A DNA stretch of 63,867 nucleotides, filler included, from Vermamoeba vermiformis (taxonomy: Eukaryota), in NCBI GenBank assembly GCA_045837725.1. It is 3 parts of 3 records of this genome, joined end to end, with 100 filler letters (N's around TTAATTAATTAA, not from the genome) between each part and the next. Parts side by side here need not be neighbours in the genome. Positions count along the whole stretch, not along the records: positions 33,680 to 63,867 come from JBEWZL010000131.1; 2 more parts are not named here. One strand, given 5' to 3'. The notes beneath the pieces were generated by a model. That model was given only the letters and a program-made list of their open reading frames with translations, searched no databases and was not told where the DNA came from. Below, piece after piece: positions 51,501 to 63,793 of this stretch. The translations under genes were made by a program, and so were the position numbers. The stretch's first letter is position 1; each line of letters begins with the position of its first letter.

Positions 51501-51785
51501 ACGGATGTCGTCGAGTTTAACTTGCTTGCAGCTTGGTTGTTAGCCAAGATCACCCACAAAGGTATAATCGTTTCTGTGGTACCATATGGTGCTAATATTG
51601 GTATTGTAGAATCGGGCCAGACAGTTCCTGCGTACTTAGATCCGGCTTTGCTTGTCATTTTGGAAAAAGTCACGCACCCTCGCGTCGTGCACTTCTTATC
51701 GCTATACAAAAAGAACATTGAAGAAGCTACCGATAGAACGGCGAGAAATACGACGAGAACGCTACAATTGTCGCAGGGAGCTTGA
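48555..51785 (+). CDS. F-box + armadillo-repeat protein
   Basis: MDFTQLPNELVLWIIEQV..LLNLSQVS; ARM-like IIEANGVDAFLEL, FVELGGLEVML. Confidence 0.75.
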
Positions 51786-51887
51786 AAACGCTTTGTAATT
51801 ACAACTCAAAAACTATTTATTACAACCCAACTTTGTACATAAAACAATCCGCAATCAAATGTTTTGCATTAGAATTAGGACTAAGAG

Positions 51888-53630
51888 TTATTCCTCGTGC
51901 ATGTTATCCTCGTCTTCTAACTGAATGCCAGGCAAGGCGGTACCTTCGTCCTCTTCGTTGTGCTTCTTTTCGAGTTCAGGTCTTTTCACTAAAAACACAA
52001 GCTTCTCGTCGTTATCGTTCAACTCGCCTTGTTCCATCAAATCTTGTCGATCTTCTTGTTCATCGAAGTACGACATGCCTTGCCACAAAATGTGCAGTTC
52101 TTTTTTGATCCGAGCTTGGATCGTGACGGGCACCAAGATGAACGGCACTAATCCGTGTTAATGACGACTACAGCAGTGTAATAATAGACTTACCGAGATA
52201 AAGTAAGGCTGGTTGGCCTTGGCGCATCAAAAACACAGCGATTTGAGTGGCAAACATTCCGAAGGTGTATCCGACCATGCCCGTCAAGAAATACCCGCTC
52301 TTCCATGACTTGCCCATGCGATCGTCGAGTCGATACAAGAAATTGATCCACACGCCTGGTAAAATCTAGCGCTGGTCAGTAAAATTGCTTCAAAGATACC
52401 ACGTGACACGTACTATATCACCCATGCCTATTAAGAACCAGCTGATCGTATAGTCACTTGCAGCTAATGTCACGTAGCGATGGACGAGTTCATTCAATGG
52501 ATTGGGCATGACCTTAAAACATTCATTAGCCTCGTGAAAATAGTGCAGTGAACACGAATACTTACGATATAATTTGTCGCGTTCCACAAGTAGCTTAGCT
52601 TGGGATATTTAATAACAATAGGTAAGCCGAGTGACAAGCTCTTCGTTGCTACCGACACCCTAGCATTGAAAGTCAGATCTGGTGTGCAATACTTTTGAAC
52701 TCTTAAGTCAACTTACATGACACTCTCTTTGAAAATCAAATGCGAGAAAAACACCCAGAATATATCGTAGACGAAGAACAGGCCCAACAAGATCGAAGCA
52801 ATTTTCAAGTTCGGAATGCGCATGAAGGACAGCGAGGCAATGCCGTTGCAAATAGCCAGGACTGTGACTGTTAGTATCGATATTATTGGTGTAATTATGT
52901 ACTTACAGTCAATGACGGCCCAATTGTTCGTGACAATCCATAATACGACCACTACAAGCGAAAAAAACATCGCGATAAGTGTGGAGATCGGCGTTGGATC
53001 ACACCAACGCAATAAAATGCTGAAACAAATGATTAGACGCGACATACCAATTAATAATCTTACTTGAACTTCCTCGGCTCACGATGCAAAATATCTTTGA
53101 TTATGCCATCCACGATCGGTTGCCAAACGTAGATCATGGAGAAAAATACAGCGAGGCCTAATATTACTACAAGCAGCCAATAAATAATATTTAAAAAATA
53201 AAACAGGACCACTAGTGATACGGAGCCTAGAACAGGCATAATAATTGCTTGTCTTAATTGGATCGAGGTATTTTCTTCGCCTAAGCATTGCAAAATAAAA
53301 ATAACATTAAAATATGTTATATATAGTTAAATAATACGAGCTATAGAACTGCGGAATAGCGAATTGAAAGAGCGTTAGAAATTTACCTCCTGCTTCTTCT
53401 TGCACTTCAGATGATTCCAACGGCGATGATTTTGATCGTTTTGAGCCATACCACATTACAAATAATGCGGTGGCTAATATTAATAGTGAACTCGGGTCGA
53501 ATAATTGGCTCCTGTCAAAAAACAAATTAGATTGCAAGACCACGTTAATTAAATTGTATTATTTGGCAAAAATAAATTGTTATAACATATTGTCGCTATT
53601 ATTTGCTATTAATTCTTACAAGATCCCCAT
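51888..53630 (-). CDS. Signal peptide peptidase-like GxGD intramembrane aspartic protease (A22B)
   Basis: YDIFWVF, IGMGDI, QPALLYL. Confidence 0.93.
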
Positions 53631-53873
53631 CTTTGTTAACGTGCTAAGTATCGGTTCGCGAGATTAGACAAGCATGGACTTAATAAACGCCACAAATATT
53701 TACACGTGGTATATACAATACATAAATAATACTAATAAGCTTTCTCAAAGTCTGCAGCCGAAAAAAACGTCGCAGGAAAAACTGCGCCAAAATCTTGGCA
53801 GAAATTGAATCGAAAGATTTTCTTTAATTTTATTTTGCTGCAGTTCCACCACTATTGCATTATTATATTCAAG

Positions 53874-56346
53874 ATGTCTATGTTCGGTGGAAATGCAAAG
53901 GCCCCTGTTTTTGCCAAGTTGAACGCAACGATCGCGCAAAACCAAGCTGAAAACCCGTCAAGTAATCAATCTACGCCAACAAGTGCGAGCTCCTCTAATA
54001 GTAGTGAATTATTGAGAAATAATGAGGTAAATGTTTCGTTGTAATTAGCGAGCCAGCGTGAAATCCGAATCCGGAAAAAATAATTAAAATCTAAATTAAT
54101 TATACAGGCATTGAAAAATCAACTCTTCGAAATAAACACAAAACTAGATTCGCAAGTCAAGACAAACAATACTTTAAAAGCTGAAAATGAAAGATTGAAC
54201 ACGGATTTGACTATCGCGCGGCAAAAAGCGACTCAAATGGAGGGTCACTTTAATCAGCAACAACAATTAAATAAGGTAACATCAATATGATATTTTCACC
54301 ACCGTTTCGGAACTCGATCTGAATTTTTCGTTTGTTAGCAACTTCAAGACGACAAGCAAGTCTTATCAGACAAATTCAACGAGCAGATCAAGTTGATCGA
54401 AACCTTGAAATTGGAAAACAACAAATTAAATACCGATATTCAGCATAAGAAACAGCTGCTCGAAATGGCCGAAGCGCAAGCTAGATCCTTCAAAATGAAT
54501 TTAGAAGTACGTCGCACCGCCTTTAGTTTGGCGTATTGAATACTAATGATATTGATATTTATTAAACAGAAAACACAGCTGCTATTAGACGAAGAAAAAG
54601 CGCAAACAGAAGTCCTTTGTTCACAAACCAACAGACAAAACCAAGAAATTCAACAACTCAAACAAGTGCAGCGTGAATCCGACGTGCAAATCCAATCTTT
54701 GCAAACGACTGTCACGGTACGTATTGTCATATCTTTGAGTAATTATGCGCATGTCTTTTTTTGTGATTGGCTCCGACACTTTACCTCACAATGAGCGGTT
54801 ATCATACCAATATCATAGTATCTGTGCAAAGTACGATATCTAACAGTATTGTTGCAGGCCAATCAACGCGAGATTGGTAATTTGAACTTGCAATTGAACG
54901 AGCAAATCAACCAAGTGAACACGTTGAAACTGAACAATCAAGCCTTGAAACAAGAGCTGGACTCGACTAAGACCAAGTACGAGATGGAAGTTCTCGCGCA
55001 CAACACGACCAAGCAAGATTTACTTGACACACAGGCCAAGGCCAAGTTGATGTTGGAGAAGATGCAGGGCCAGTTGAATGAAGTCAGGTGAGCTAATCCA
55101 CAAGTGTAGTGCTGTTGTACTTGACGCTAATATAGTGTCTTAGGAGCGACAAGATTCAATGGGACAACGACTACATGGATCAGAAGACGAGCATCGAAGA
55201 GATGAAACAGACCATTGCTAACTTGCGCACGGAGATTTCAAACAAGAACGAGTTGTTGCGTGGCGCGCAGCTCAAATACGAGAGCGAGCAGCGTGATAAC
55301 GTCAATTCGAAGAACAAGTACGTCATAACCAGCGATGTCGAGGACATTGCTAATTATATTGAAAATAGGGTCCGTGCAGTCGAGGAAGATTTGCGAACTG
55401 CGCGTGAAAAATCAACGAGTGAAATCAAGAATTTGAACGCTCAACTTCAAGAGTTGCAACAAGTGAAAGTGAAGCTCGAACAAGAGATCAAAAACAACAA
55501 AGCAGTCGTTAACAAAGCCAAGCAAGAGGTCCTCACGGTCAAAGAACAAAAAGAGAAGGCCGATGCCAAGATTGCTTCGTTGACAAAACAATTGGCTGAG
55601 GCAAAGTCTGGATCTAAAGGCAAGTCAAATGTTTAACGACATTTTGTGCGTGACATGTGCTAATCTTTCGAGCTACAGCCAGCACTCCAGCGAGCACTCC
55701 ATCAAAGTCCTTGGCGACTCCTTCCAAGTCCTCGGCAACTCCGTCAAAGACACCTGCCAAAACAACGATCTCAACGCCGACTGCTAAGACTAAGACGACG
55801 AGCACAACCACGACGCCAGCGAAATCTGCGCTGAAAACACCGTCCTCGGTCACCAAGCCCAAGACCACTGCAGTCACAACGCCCACAGTGACTTCATCGC
55901 CTTCAGTTGTCAAGCCACCCACAATCAAGGGAGGTACTAAAGTCACCATTTCAAAACCGGCCACAACAGCGGCACCTACCGCAACATCCACGAACTCATC
56001 GGCAACTACCACGCCTCGTGAGGATCCAATCCCAACACCATCTGTCGAGGAAAAGAAACTCGAAGAAGCCGAGCCAGAGGTCAAGGAGACTCCTGCACCA
56101 GTCGAAGAGAACAAAGTCGAGGACGAGATCAATCTGAATGACGATCCCGAGCTCGAGTTCGACAACTACGACATTGACAAAGAGCTGCTGGAAGGTGGTC
56201 AGGCCGACGAGCACAACGAAGAAGGGGACATCGTGGAGTTCATCGACGACACAGCACATACCATCGAAGAGCACAATGACAGCGGTGAAGACACGGAATT
56301 TCCGCTGGAGCCGCACGAACAAATCCTGGCTTTGGAAGACCAGTAA
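53874..56346 (+). CDS. Long coiled-coil protein with T/P/S/K-rich linker and acidic tail
   Basis: Heptad-rich exons; low-complexity final exon. Confidence 0.75.
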
Positions 56347-56885
56347 GGACAAAAAAGTTGTAAAATATCGTTTATTTATTTCAATAAAACGTCAGCAGAA
56401 ATGGCGGACACTAAATTATGTAGCAGTAGTGATATCGGCTCTAATAGTTCTGCAGCATTGAGGGAAAGGATTTGCAAACAAGATCTAAACATGTCTCGAA
56501 AACAATAATAATATAACAAGTTTGTCTGAAATTGTGCGCATAATCGTATCCTGAAAGTGCCGCAAAAACTTTGGCCATTTACATAATTTTTTTATTATCC
56601 CGAAAACTCAATTTTTTGTTAAACGCTCGTGGAAATTTTACTCCCATTCCGAGCGGTACTACTAGTTTTGGTGACGCAACGCAAATTCTCAAGAAAACCG
56701 AACAGAATGAACTTCGTTTTGTTCCTTTGTGCGGTAAAGAAGCGGGCTTGCCTTGCAATGTGGTGTTTATTCCGACACGGCAAACACAATACAACCGATT
56801 TCTCGCGTGATCGTCTCGAGATCTTGACTCTTCGCAGTGCGCACAAAGCAGTAGTACCGACGCTCGTTTCTGATAGAATAACACC

Positions 56886-57757
56886 ATGTTAAAGCGATCT
56901 GGCATCTCCGCCGCCCAAAATCTTTTCGGATCGAAGGCTGGAGTACCCTCAAAGACGATTATGTTGGGCAAAATGATTTTTAACAAGAAGCAAGGCCGAG
57001 GCATGTTGTTCGACAGTACGTTCTCACTAATTAACATCGGAAAATGTTTCTAATTAATACGTTTCTGGTTCTGTGATAAATTATTATTATTAGAGCACTT
57101 CGATATGAGATATAAAGAAGAACCCGAGAAGCACGTAACCGGGACTGTTACTTTTGAAATATATCGTGTTAACAGAGAATCGACCAATCCAAAACCATAC
57201 ATACAAATCTTCAAAGTTAACACAGCTGAATGCGGCCCCATGATTCTCGATGCTTTGATTAAGATTAAAAACGAAGCGGACCCTACTCTCACCTTCAGAA
57301 GATCGTGTCGTGAGGTAAGGACGCTGCTTAAAATATCAAGGATTAATTATTGCTTAATTATTGGTCTATTGTCCAAGTTATTACAATTTATTTCTTGATA
57401 TGAATAGGGTATTTGTGGCAGTTGCGCCATGAACATTTCTGGAACTAATACACTGGCTTGCACAAAGAAGATTGCTGATGCTGTTGACTCTAAGAACAAT
57501 GCCAGGTAAGTTTCTATTAAAACACTTCAGTGCTTTTCCTTACAACATTTCAAAGTGACAAAAATTTATACATTATCTTAGGATCTTCCCCCTTCCCCAC
57601 ATGCCTATTATTAAAGATTTGGTTCCTGACCTCAGCAACTTTTTCCAACAAGTAAAGTCTATCAAGCCTTGGCTCGAGCCTCGTATCGAACCTGGTCGTG
57701 AGAACAAAGAGGTTCTTCAATCTCCTGCTATGCGTAAACAACTTGATGGCCTTTATG
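56886..57757 (+). CDS. SDHB: Succinate dehydrogenase iron-sulfur subunit, 5' part; interrupted by a transposon
   Basis: [55 protein letters not shown]; the expected ECILC.CC continuation is replaced by the TIR. Confidence 0.95.
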
Positions 57758-57831
57758 GGACGAACTTTTAACAAGGTGAAAAATATCCCACTATCAAACT
57801 GTAGACTTTACACTTTTAATATAAACTTTAC
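57758..57831 (+). repeat. Left TIR
   Basis: Reverse complement of 63794-63867, 5 mismatches in 74 nt by manual comparison. Confidence 0.95.
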
Positions 57832-57859
57832 ACTTTTAGTCTAAACTTTCTGTTAATAA

Positions 57860-60604
57860 TCAGTGGGTGCCTTCCTTTGCTCGGTATTGTTTTGCAACTT
57901 CATAAACAATCTTTCTAATATACCCTTTGGTATATTTCTCTTCAAATACATCATGTGCCAAGAAGTACAGGAGATTGAAGGATATGCCTTGTTTTTCAGC
58001 TTTGACCCTATTCAAGCCTGCAATGCACTTTTGAATGTCTTCTTGTGAAACCTTTGGATAATTTGCTTTTCGTGTTGTAAAGTGAAGGAACTTCAAATCT
58101 TCCATTGTACTGAAGGACAATAGTTGTGCAAAGGTTTCTCCAGCATTAAGAGAGTATGGCGTAGTCAGCTTTAAAGATAGCTGCACCATTTCATGTAGTT
58201 TAGTTGCCAATGGATTATCATTCAGCTTATTTTCCTTGCTGGGAAAATGCAGTGTTAGTAGTGAGTGTAAAGTTGACAGTACGCACCTGTAATTGAACAG
58301 AAATTGCAAATGTGTAATAATAGCATTTAGTAGCTCGAATGAACAGGAACCACTGTAGAAAGGTGAAGATTTTTTCAGGTACTTATGCCATGCCTCATTT
58401 GCATTAGTTCCCCGTTTAAACTCTTTTAAAGACGCTGAGTTCAAAACTGCTTTTGAGTATCCAGCTTTGTCACTCAAAAAATTGTTTACAGCACCTTCCA
58501 CTTTGGTGGTAAAAATTGAAGGGAAGCTTGCTGGCTTTGGAGAGCCACTGAACGAGTAATGTTAGTGTAAAGTGTAAAGTTTGCACTTTAAATTTTACCC
58601 TGTTATTGTTTCGGCCAAATTTTCGATAAACAGCTGCATATCTTTGTCGTTATCTCGGTTTGCTGCCCTATATGTATCCAGCCATAAATGTAATTCGTTA
58701 TGTAGGAACTCTGCCGTTGGGGATTGCTTGTTGGCAAGTTGAGCAAATATGGCACTCAAATCCTTTTTACAACTGTAGTAATCTGGTAAAAGAAGTCAAA
58801 ATGAGAATAACAATTTGTTATGTTACCTGGGTGATTGTGGGCTAACACAGTATCTATTCTATGGATCACATGCCACACATCCTGGCAGGTTTTTGGTGGA
58901 TTGTTTGCATTTGGAAATGAATTCCAAAAAGCTTTTTCAATCACACTCTTATCTATGTGCATAAATTTAATAGTTAGTAGCTGGTTTTAGTAAATTGTTA
59001 GGTACCTTTGCGGCTATCATCAGTAAAAATGTGAGTTGTCACAGGAGCAGGTAGAAGGTCAAAAATTGCTTTCAACTCAGAGAACATGTAACTTCGTTCA
59101 TCTGATGGTACTAATTTAGTACGTAGCACTTGGCCATGTTCATTTAAGATGGACAGCAAAGAAGCCTTGACTTGTACCTGCAATGGTAAACTGTAAACTT
59201 TACAGTAAGAAAAATTTATTGTCCCTTACCCTTTTGCCATCAGACACAGCAGACAAAGCAGAGGCTATTTTATATGTGTGGTCTATCCGCAGAACAGCTC
59301 CAGTAGATTTTACCAAATGTGATGTGTAGTTGTTGAAAAACTGTTGTTGCATGCGAAACTTATACAGATACAGGGCTTCCAATGTTGAAGAAGATATTAC
59401 ATAACTATCTTCAACAGATTGTAGAACTTTAGGAATATCATCCTCAACGAATACATGTGTGAACAGTGCCTGAACAACCTCATTATAAAAAAGAATGTAA
59501 AGTGTATAGTTTACACTTGCCATTCTAAGTTTATGCGTTAAGTTTGCAACCCAACCAGTAAATATTGCTCGGGATAGAGCTGAAAAGTTGAAACAATGGT
59601 CTGGGATTGTATTGAATATGTACTCAAGGAAGTGGGTTGTCACCACAGTTCTATCAAACACTACAATTTGAGGGGTAACTTCATAGTCCTGCAGTTCCAA
59701 CTGTAGTAAAGAGAATCTACAATCATGTATCTGGCAATAATAGCGGTGATATTGAAGGAGGAATGGTGTTGAAACATCATAGCAGCGGTGTCGTAAATTA
59801 TGGCCGTTCAATGAAATTTTGCACTTCTCATCCTACAATAAGTTAGTCAAAATGACAATAAAAAATGATACACGGTACCTGTTGGTGCTTGTTGCAGTAC
59901 TGAGGAATGTACGAAAGCATATTCACTTTTTGCTTAGCTTGCCAAAGTTGAAGGTGTTCTACTGGCATGACTGATTCGATTGATGAAGCAAGATCATCCT
60001 CTCGTTGAGTATTAAAAACCGGTGGCTCATGGTCATCAATTAACAGCTGAGAAAGGCTTGAAATAAGAGGCTCCATGGGGTCAGTATCTGCAGAATTGGA
60101 TTAGTGTAAAGTGTAAAGTGTAAAGTATAAAGTGTGCCACACGGTAAACTTTCCAATGGGCGAGACCAATTCCCGCGCTTTTTAACCGTTACCTTTTGCT
60201 TTTTCTTCTTTCATTAGTTGTGCCTTCGATGTCTTTGACCTCTCTGGTTTATGTACTGGGGCAATACGAGCCTTTGTTTGTTTTTGTGTGTGTGGTAACC
60301 GTTCTTTGTCCGTTTTCAAAGTTGTGGCTGTTTTAATTTTGAGCACATCTGTTAAAAAATTAGAAAAGTGTGGGAAAATATATTAAAATAATTGACCTGC
60401 ACTATGCATCATAGCTTGTTGATGCTGCTTCATCTCCTTTTTAGATCTCTTTGTTATGCCACAGATGGCGTTTTTTTTGTAATTGAAAAGCTGGCAAGTG
60501 TAATAAACCTTGTGGTTACCAGCCTTTCCAAAAGTAATTTTTTGGTGACAGGTGTAATCTTTACTGTCACTATCAAGTTGCACCAGTGTAAACTTGTTCG
60601 ACAT
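57860..60604 (-). CDS. Spliced MULE-like DDE transposase
   Basis: N-terminal C..C..H..H zinc motif, Cys/His cluster, LRIDHTYK (D1), IFTDD (D2), CQDVWH (DxxH), RGTNANEAWH (E); the exons checked join without stops. Confidence 0.8.
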
Positions 60605-60647
60605 CTTGGTCGCCAAAAAATAAATAACTGCAACGAGTAACGCAACG

Positions 60648-63600
60648 ATGTCACAGTATAATACAAGATCTAGGGGACGTGCCCTAGAAGCAGATAATAA
60701 TAATAACAACTCAAAAAAAAGACGTCGCAGCTCAGATTCGAATTCGGCAGAGCACTCAGGTGAAGAAAATGTTACCAAAAAACGTAAAACAGGTAAATAT
60801 ATATGCAAAATATTTTTTTTAACGTCCCTGTATATTTTTTATAATTTTCTGTGTCGGATTCCACATTTGCTAATCCGCGCCAGATGGCAACAACAACGGA
60901 GCTGAACGTGATGCTAATAGCATCAATAAAGAGGACGATCAACGTGACCACGCGCCCGGCAAGTCCCGCTCCGAGAAGCAAACAGGTAAGGCTTGTCCCG
61001 AATTTTTCAAAATTCCGCATTTGCTAATCTCGCACCAGATCGCAACAACAAAGCTGAAGAAACCGATGCTGATAGCATCAATAATAAGGACGACCAACGT
61101 CCTCACGCGCCCAGCAAGTCTCGCTCCGAGCAGCGAACAGGTAAGTCTCATCTCGAATCTAAAGAAATTCCAATTTCGCTAATCTCGCACCAGATCGAAA
61201 CAACAACAGTGCGGAAGCAGAAGCTAATACTGTTGATAAGGAGAATGACCAGCGTCCTCACGCGCCCAGCAAGTCCCGCTCCGAACAGCTAACAGGTAAG
61301 TCTCATCTCGAATCTAAAGAAATTCCAGTTTCGCTAATCTCGCAACAGATCGAAACAACAAAGCGGAAGAAACCGATGCTGATAGCATCAATAACAAGGA
61401 CGACCAGCGTCCTCACGCGCCCAGCAAGTCCCGCTCCGAGCAGCAAACAGGTAAGTCTCATCTCGAATCTAAAGAAATTCCAATTTCGCTAATCCCGCAC
61501 CAGATCGCAACAACAACAGTGCGGAAGCAGATGCTAATAGCGTTGATGTCGAGAATGACCAGCGTCCTCACGCGCCCAGCAAGTCTCACTCCGAGCAGCA
61601 AAAAGGTAAGTCTCATCTCGAATCTCCAAATCTAATTTTTTGCTAATCTCATGTCAGCTAACAACAATAACGGAGCTGAAAGTGATGGCAATAGCGCCGA
61701 TGAGGAGGACGATCAGCGTCCTCACATGCCTGGCAAGTCCCGCTCCGAGCAGCGAACAGGTAAGTCTCATCTCGAATCTAAAGAAATTCCACTTTCGCTA
61801 ATCTAGCACCAGATCGCAACAACAAAGGTGCTGAAACTGATGGTGATAGCGCCGATGAGGAGGACGACCAGCGTCCTCACGTGCCTAGCAATTCCCACCC
61901 CAAGCAGCAAAAGGGTAAGTCTCATCTCAATCTGAAGCGAATTCGCATTCACTAATCCCGCACCAGATCGTAACACCAAAGCTGCTGAAACTGATGGAAA
62001 TAATGCCGATGATGAGGATGATCAACGCGCTCATGCACCTGGCAAGTCCCGCTCTGAGAAGCGTACGGGTAAGTCTCATCTCGAATCTCAACAAATTCCA
62101 CTTTCGCTAATCCCGCACCAGATCGCGACAACAAAGGTGCTGCCAAGAAAACAAATAGTCGTAGCAAACGCACAAATGATCGCTCAAACATTTCCGACAA
62201 ATCCGATGAAGAAAAAGAGCAAGGTAAGTTACATTTAAAAAAATCTTTGGTGATCTAACTCTGAATTTGCTCTGCAGCTGACTTAAGTGATGCAAATAGC
62301 AGCGAGGAGCGCAGCAATCATACTACCAGCAAGAATAGCAAGCCTCGCAGGGAGACAACAGCAAAGCAGCAGCAGGAAAAGAAAACTAAGCAAACATCCT
62401 TGCCCGAAGGTACGTACAGCTGTAGACTTTACACTGTAAACTTTACACTGTAAACTTTACACTAACCGCGTTCGTTGGCAGGCTTACGTGACGCCTCAGC
62501 CCAACCATATGCTACTGCAGATGTTTTAGCAACTGTCCACAAATCGTCTCTTGTTGCTGTTCTGGGGCAGGGTGAAGAGACATGGTATGCTATTGTGAAG
62601 GCACCACCAAAAAAGAAGACCTCTTCTGCACATCTGACTGTTGATTGGTTGGAAGTTGCACGAACAGCTAGCAATGGTGCTCTAATCCTTCAGAATTCCG
62701 ATGAAAGTCCCTCAATCATTGAGCTCGGAGCAGTGTTGGATGTCGTGCGTCACACACCCATAGTGGGTGGAACTTCAATGGTGGACAAGGCAGAACAAAA
62801 GAGGCTTGCTGGAATTCGTATGTCAAACAAAATATCATTATTTGCTCTAATTGTGGCAAAGGGGAGAGAATAGTGACCCAAAGTGCAAAAAAGAAGAGCA
62901 AAAAGGGAGCGAAATCGTAAGTGAAACTGTAAACTTTACACTTTACACTTTACACTTACTTATTTTCCAGGGTACCAATTGATGTTGAGGAGGAGATAGA
63001 AGAAGGCGAACCTGAACAAGCCCGTACTCCTGTATCTAAGCATAAAAAGGCACCTTTGTAAGCATATTAATTACACATATATGCACTGTTACTAATTGCA
63101 CTAGGCCTGCACCAGCCAAACAACAAAAGCCTGTAGACGGTTACGATGCTGGGGAGGTTGGTGAATCTGGTGAAGAAGAAAATAACCTTGAAGAAACACC
63201 AACCGCCATTTCAGAATTTTCGCATGAATGTGGAGTCACAGTGTCTTCAGTCTATGAAAAAACTGATGCATGTAAGTGCCCCATTACTTGTTTTATTTAA
63301 TCTAATCTCTGTTCAAGGGGAACTCAGGCTTGGCAAGTTCATACTTTGGTTAACAAAAAGAGGACTGATGCAAAAATCGTTTTTGCTGGGCCCTACTGGG
63401 CAAGCCAGGGGGGCTACCTCCTCTTCCCTGCACCAGTATTTATACTACCGTACGTGCCACTGAAATATGTAAACTGTAAACTTTACACTAACAACTTTAC
63501 AGTAACCCACGCTTTTCTGAATGTCAAGCTACCTACTGCCCAAAAAAAGCGTTCTGTGTTGCTTGGTGCTGGATTACCTGAAGGTGCACATCACAACTAC

Positions 63601-63777
63601 ACTTTGCTGCAGTACTCTTTCATTACAAAAGAGGTCGAGAATGAGACTCTTGCGTTCAAGACTTTGGCTACAGCTCATAATTGGATGCTTGAAAAGTCAC
63701 TTGCTTTGTTTGAGTTCTCAGTGGGCGCAAAGAACAACACAATTTACATTTGTATTCCTCCATTGAGGCCATTTTAA
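60648..63777 (+). CDS. Transposon accessory gene: NLS-like start, 34-aa tandem repeats, small beta-barrel-like domain (3' end uncertain)
   Basis: KKRRR near start; many phase-1 GT-AG introns; globular exon LVAVLGQGEETWYAIV...LTVDWLE. Confidence 0.65.
60884..62223 (+). repeat. Tandem array of 154-155-bp units, each a 102-bp exon + 52-53-bp intron
   Basis: Donors at 60986, 61141, 61296, 61451, 61606, 61760, 61915, 62069; intron consensus GTAAGTCTCATCTCGAATCT...GCTAATCYCGCACCAG. Confidence 0.92.
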
Positions 63778-63793
63778 GTTTGTAACGTTAGAA

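Noticed and set aside
55614-56352. Long minus-strand ORFs over the T/P/S-rich exon
   Set aside because: Antisense shadows of a low-complexity coding exon
60100-60135. (TGTAAAG)n as interstitial telomeric repeat
   Set aside because: Not G-rich telomere-type; matches the transposon TIR sub-repeat
60884-62121. CRISPR-like array (conserved 53-bp unit alternating with variable 102-bp units)
   Set aside because: The 'spacers' are homologous to each other and coding, the 'repeats' are GT-AG introns, and there are no cas genes
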